Below, one piece after another: positions 62,419 to 64,000 of a stretch of 64,000 bases of DNA. Position numbers and translations under genes: made by a program. The stretch's first letter is position 1; each line of letters opens with the position of its first letter. The notes beneath the pieces were generated by a model. The model had not been told where the DNA came from. It saw nothing but the letters and a program-made list of their open reading frames with translations, and searched no databases. Source of the stretch: Nitrospinaceae bacterium (GTDB lineage: Bacteria; Nitrospinota; Nitrospinia; Nitrospinales; Nitrospinaceae); contig OZ250172.1 of assembly GCA_965237905.1 (NCBI GenBank), positions 1,664,001 through 1,728,000 of the forward strand, read 5' to 3'.

Positions 62419-63851
62419 CGGCCCCGCCGTCGGAAATGCACCTGGAATTTTATAAGCTGTTCCAAACGGCGATTAATTCCGCTGCAAAAATTGGCAGTCC
62501 GGGCTTCCGGACCGCGCAGGCGGCGCCGCGGGGTCATGCCAAATCGACTCTCTCCTCCCTCATCCTTCCGCTGTGGTGCATCATCGGCGAGAAACGCCGT
62601 TTCATCGGACTGGTGTCCGACACCACCGAGCAGGCGGCGGACTTTCTCGAATTTATCAAGGCCGAACTCGACGCCAATGAGCGCCTTCGTGAAGATTTCC
62701 CCGAGGCCTGCGGCGAGGGTAAAGTCTGGAAAGCGGGACAAGCCATCACTCGCAACAACGTCCGCCTCAAATGCTGGGGCAAACGCAAAGCCATGCGCGG
62801 TGCACGGCATGGCAGTGTGCGACCGGATTTGATCGTCTGCGACGACCTCGAAGGCGACGAGAACATCGACTCGCCGCAACAGCGCGCGAAAGACCGCGAA
62901 TGGTTTTTCAAAGCGCTCATGAAAATCGGCAGCCGCAGGACGGTGACGGTCGTCGTCGGTACGATTCTTCATTACGATTCGTTACTGGCGCAATTGTTGA
63001 AACGTCCCGGCTGGACCGGCCACAAATGGCAGGCGATCCAACAATGGTCCGCCTCTCCTTTATGGGAACAATGGGAAGCGGTGTACGTGGCGCGCCAGGA
63101 GGACCAGGCCGACCGATTCTTTAACAAGCATCAAAGGGCGATGCTCGACGGCACCGATGTCCTCTGGCCGGAAGTGGAGGATTATTATTACCTCATGAAA
63201 ATGCGCGTGTCCGATGGCCCGGCCTTCTTCGATTCGGAAAAGCAGAACGAGCCGGTGAATCCCGACGACTGCCTGTTCAGGGAAGAGTGGCTGACCTTTC
63301 TCGATGAAGAGCGCGTGCTCCGCAACCTGGAGTGGAAAACCTATAGCGGGTTTTATTGCGCCGTTGACCCGTCACTCGGCAAGCAGTCGAAGGGCGCCGA
63401 CCCGTCCGCCATCATCGTGGCGGGTGTCGATGCCGAAGGCTATGTCGATGTGCTGGAGGCGGATATCCGGAAACGTCCGCCCGACGCCATCATGGAAGAC
63501 TTGTTAACTCTGCATAAGAAATACCGCTTCACCCTGGCGGGGATCGAGGAGATCCAGTTTCAGGAATTATTTAAGGATTGGGTCATCAAGGAAAGCACGA
63601 AGCGCAAACTCTACCTGCCCGTCGAGGGTATCCGTCCCAACAGCGATAAAGTCCTGCGTATCTCCAAAATGCAGCCGCACATCAAAAACGGCATCATCCG
63701 TTTCCAGCGGAACCAGACGCAGTTGATCGACCAACTGAGATACTTCCCGAAAGCCGACCACGACGACGGACCCGATGCCCTCGAGATGGTCTTCAGCCTC
63801 ATCACCCACCACACCAGCTTCGGCCCGCGAATTCGAAATCTATCCGTTTGA
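62241..63851 (+). CDS. terL: Phage terminase large subunit (Mu-like type)
   Basis: FFAETYFPHY, Walker A APRGHAKST, RGARHG-RPDLIVCDDLE, VGTILH, nuclease AVDPS, HDDGPDALE. Confidence 0.92.
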   Translation: MAGFKSISKLANGYDDIRQLIARALTPFGKTTPKQKERRKKRAQKDLRFFAETYFPHYLTAPPSEMHLEFYKLFQTAINSAAKIGSPGFRTAQAAPRGHAKSTLSSLILPLWCIIGEKRRFIGLVSDTTEQAADFLEFIKAELDANERLREDFPEACGEGKVWKAGQAITRNNVRLKCWGKRKAMRGARHGSVRPDLIVCDDLEGDENIDSPQQRAKDREWFFKALMKIGSRRTVTVVVGTILHYDSLLAQLLKRPGWTGHKWQAIQQWSASPLWEQWEAVYVARQEDQADRFFNKHQRAMLDGTDVLWPEVEDYYYLMKMRVSDGPAFFDSEKQNEPVNPDDCLFREEWLTFLDEERVLRNLEWKTYSGFYCAVDPSLGKQSKGADPSAIIVAGVDAEGYVDVLEADIRKRPPDAIMEDLLTLHKKYRFTLAGIEEIQFQELFKDWVIKESTKRKLYLPVEGIRPNSDKVLRISKMQPHIKNGIIRFQRNQTQLIDQLRYFPKADHDDGPDALEMVFSLITHHTSFGPRIRNLSV

Positions 63852-63893
63852 AAACCCCTTGCCCCTCCCGCTCCCGGGCCTTAACCTGAGAGC

Positions 63894-64000
63894 ATGGATC
63901 AAAACCCATCAATCCCTGCGCCTCTACCGGTATTCGAGATTATACGCAACGCCTTGCAGTTTGCCTGGGACAAGCGGGCGCGGATGCTGCGTGCCTTATC
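63894..64000 (+). CDS. Start of a hypothetical protein (truncated by window edge)
   Basis: MDQNPSIPAPLPVFEIIRNALQFAWDKRARMLRAL..., open to the edge; not recognisably a portal protein. Confidence 0.45.
   Translation, partial: MDQNPSIPAPLPVFEIIRNALQFAWDKRARMLRAL

Overview
Bacterial chromosomal window containing the replication origin region. On the minus strand lie dnaA, an oriC-like spacer with DnaA-trios, gyrB, gyrA, serS, all four tRNA-Ser isoacceptors plus tRNA-Arg(GCG), SRP RNA, dnaX, ybaB and recR. Further left are a type IV pilus operon whose pilotin-like gene has an in-frame stop, a sigma54-driven fliK-flgD-flgE operon, hpnH, an Amt transporter, an ECF sigma cluster and several accessory genes. 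The gene mix is reminiscent of a Nitrospina-like or delta-proteobacterial-type organism (inference only). Four observations stand out. (1) A dense family of about 20 short modular repeats carries interchangeable 15-nt hairpins, abuts tRNA 3' ends and stop codons to the nucleotide, and is also translated in frame inside proteins, including DnaX. (2) A host-like, integrase-free Mu-type lysis/terminase cassette lies directly and divergently upstream of dnaA, with no portal gene after terL (candidate domesticated or GTA-like system). (3) There is an orphan, divergent SecY paralogue with a C-terminal DUF2007-like domain. (4) A tRNA-Arg(GCG) sits in a serS-ffs-dnaX region that contains no tadA. All family assignments come from motif recognition by eye; no database search was run.
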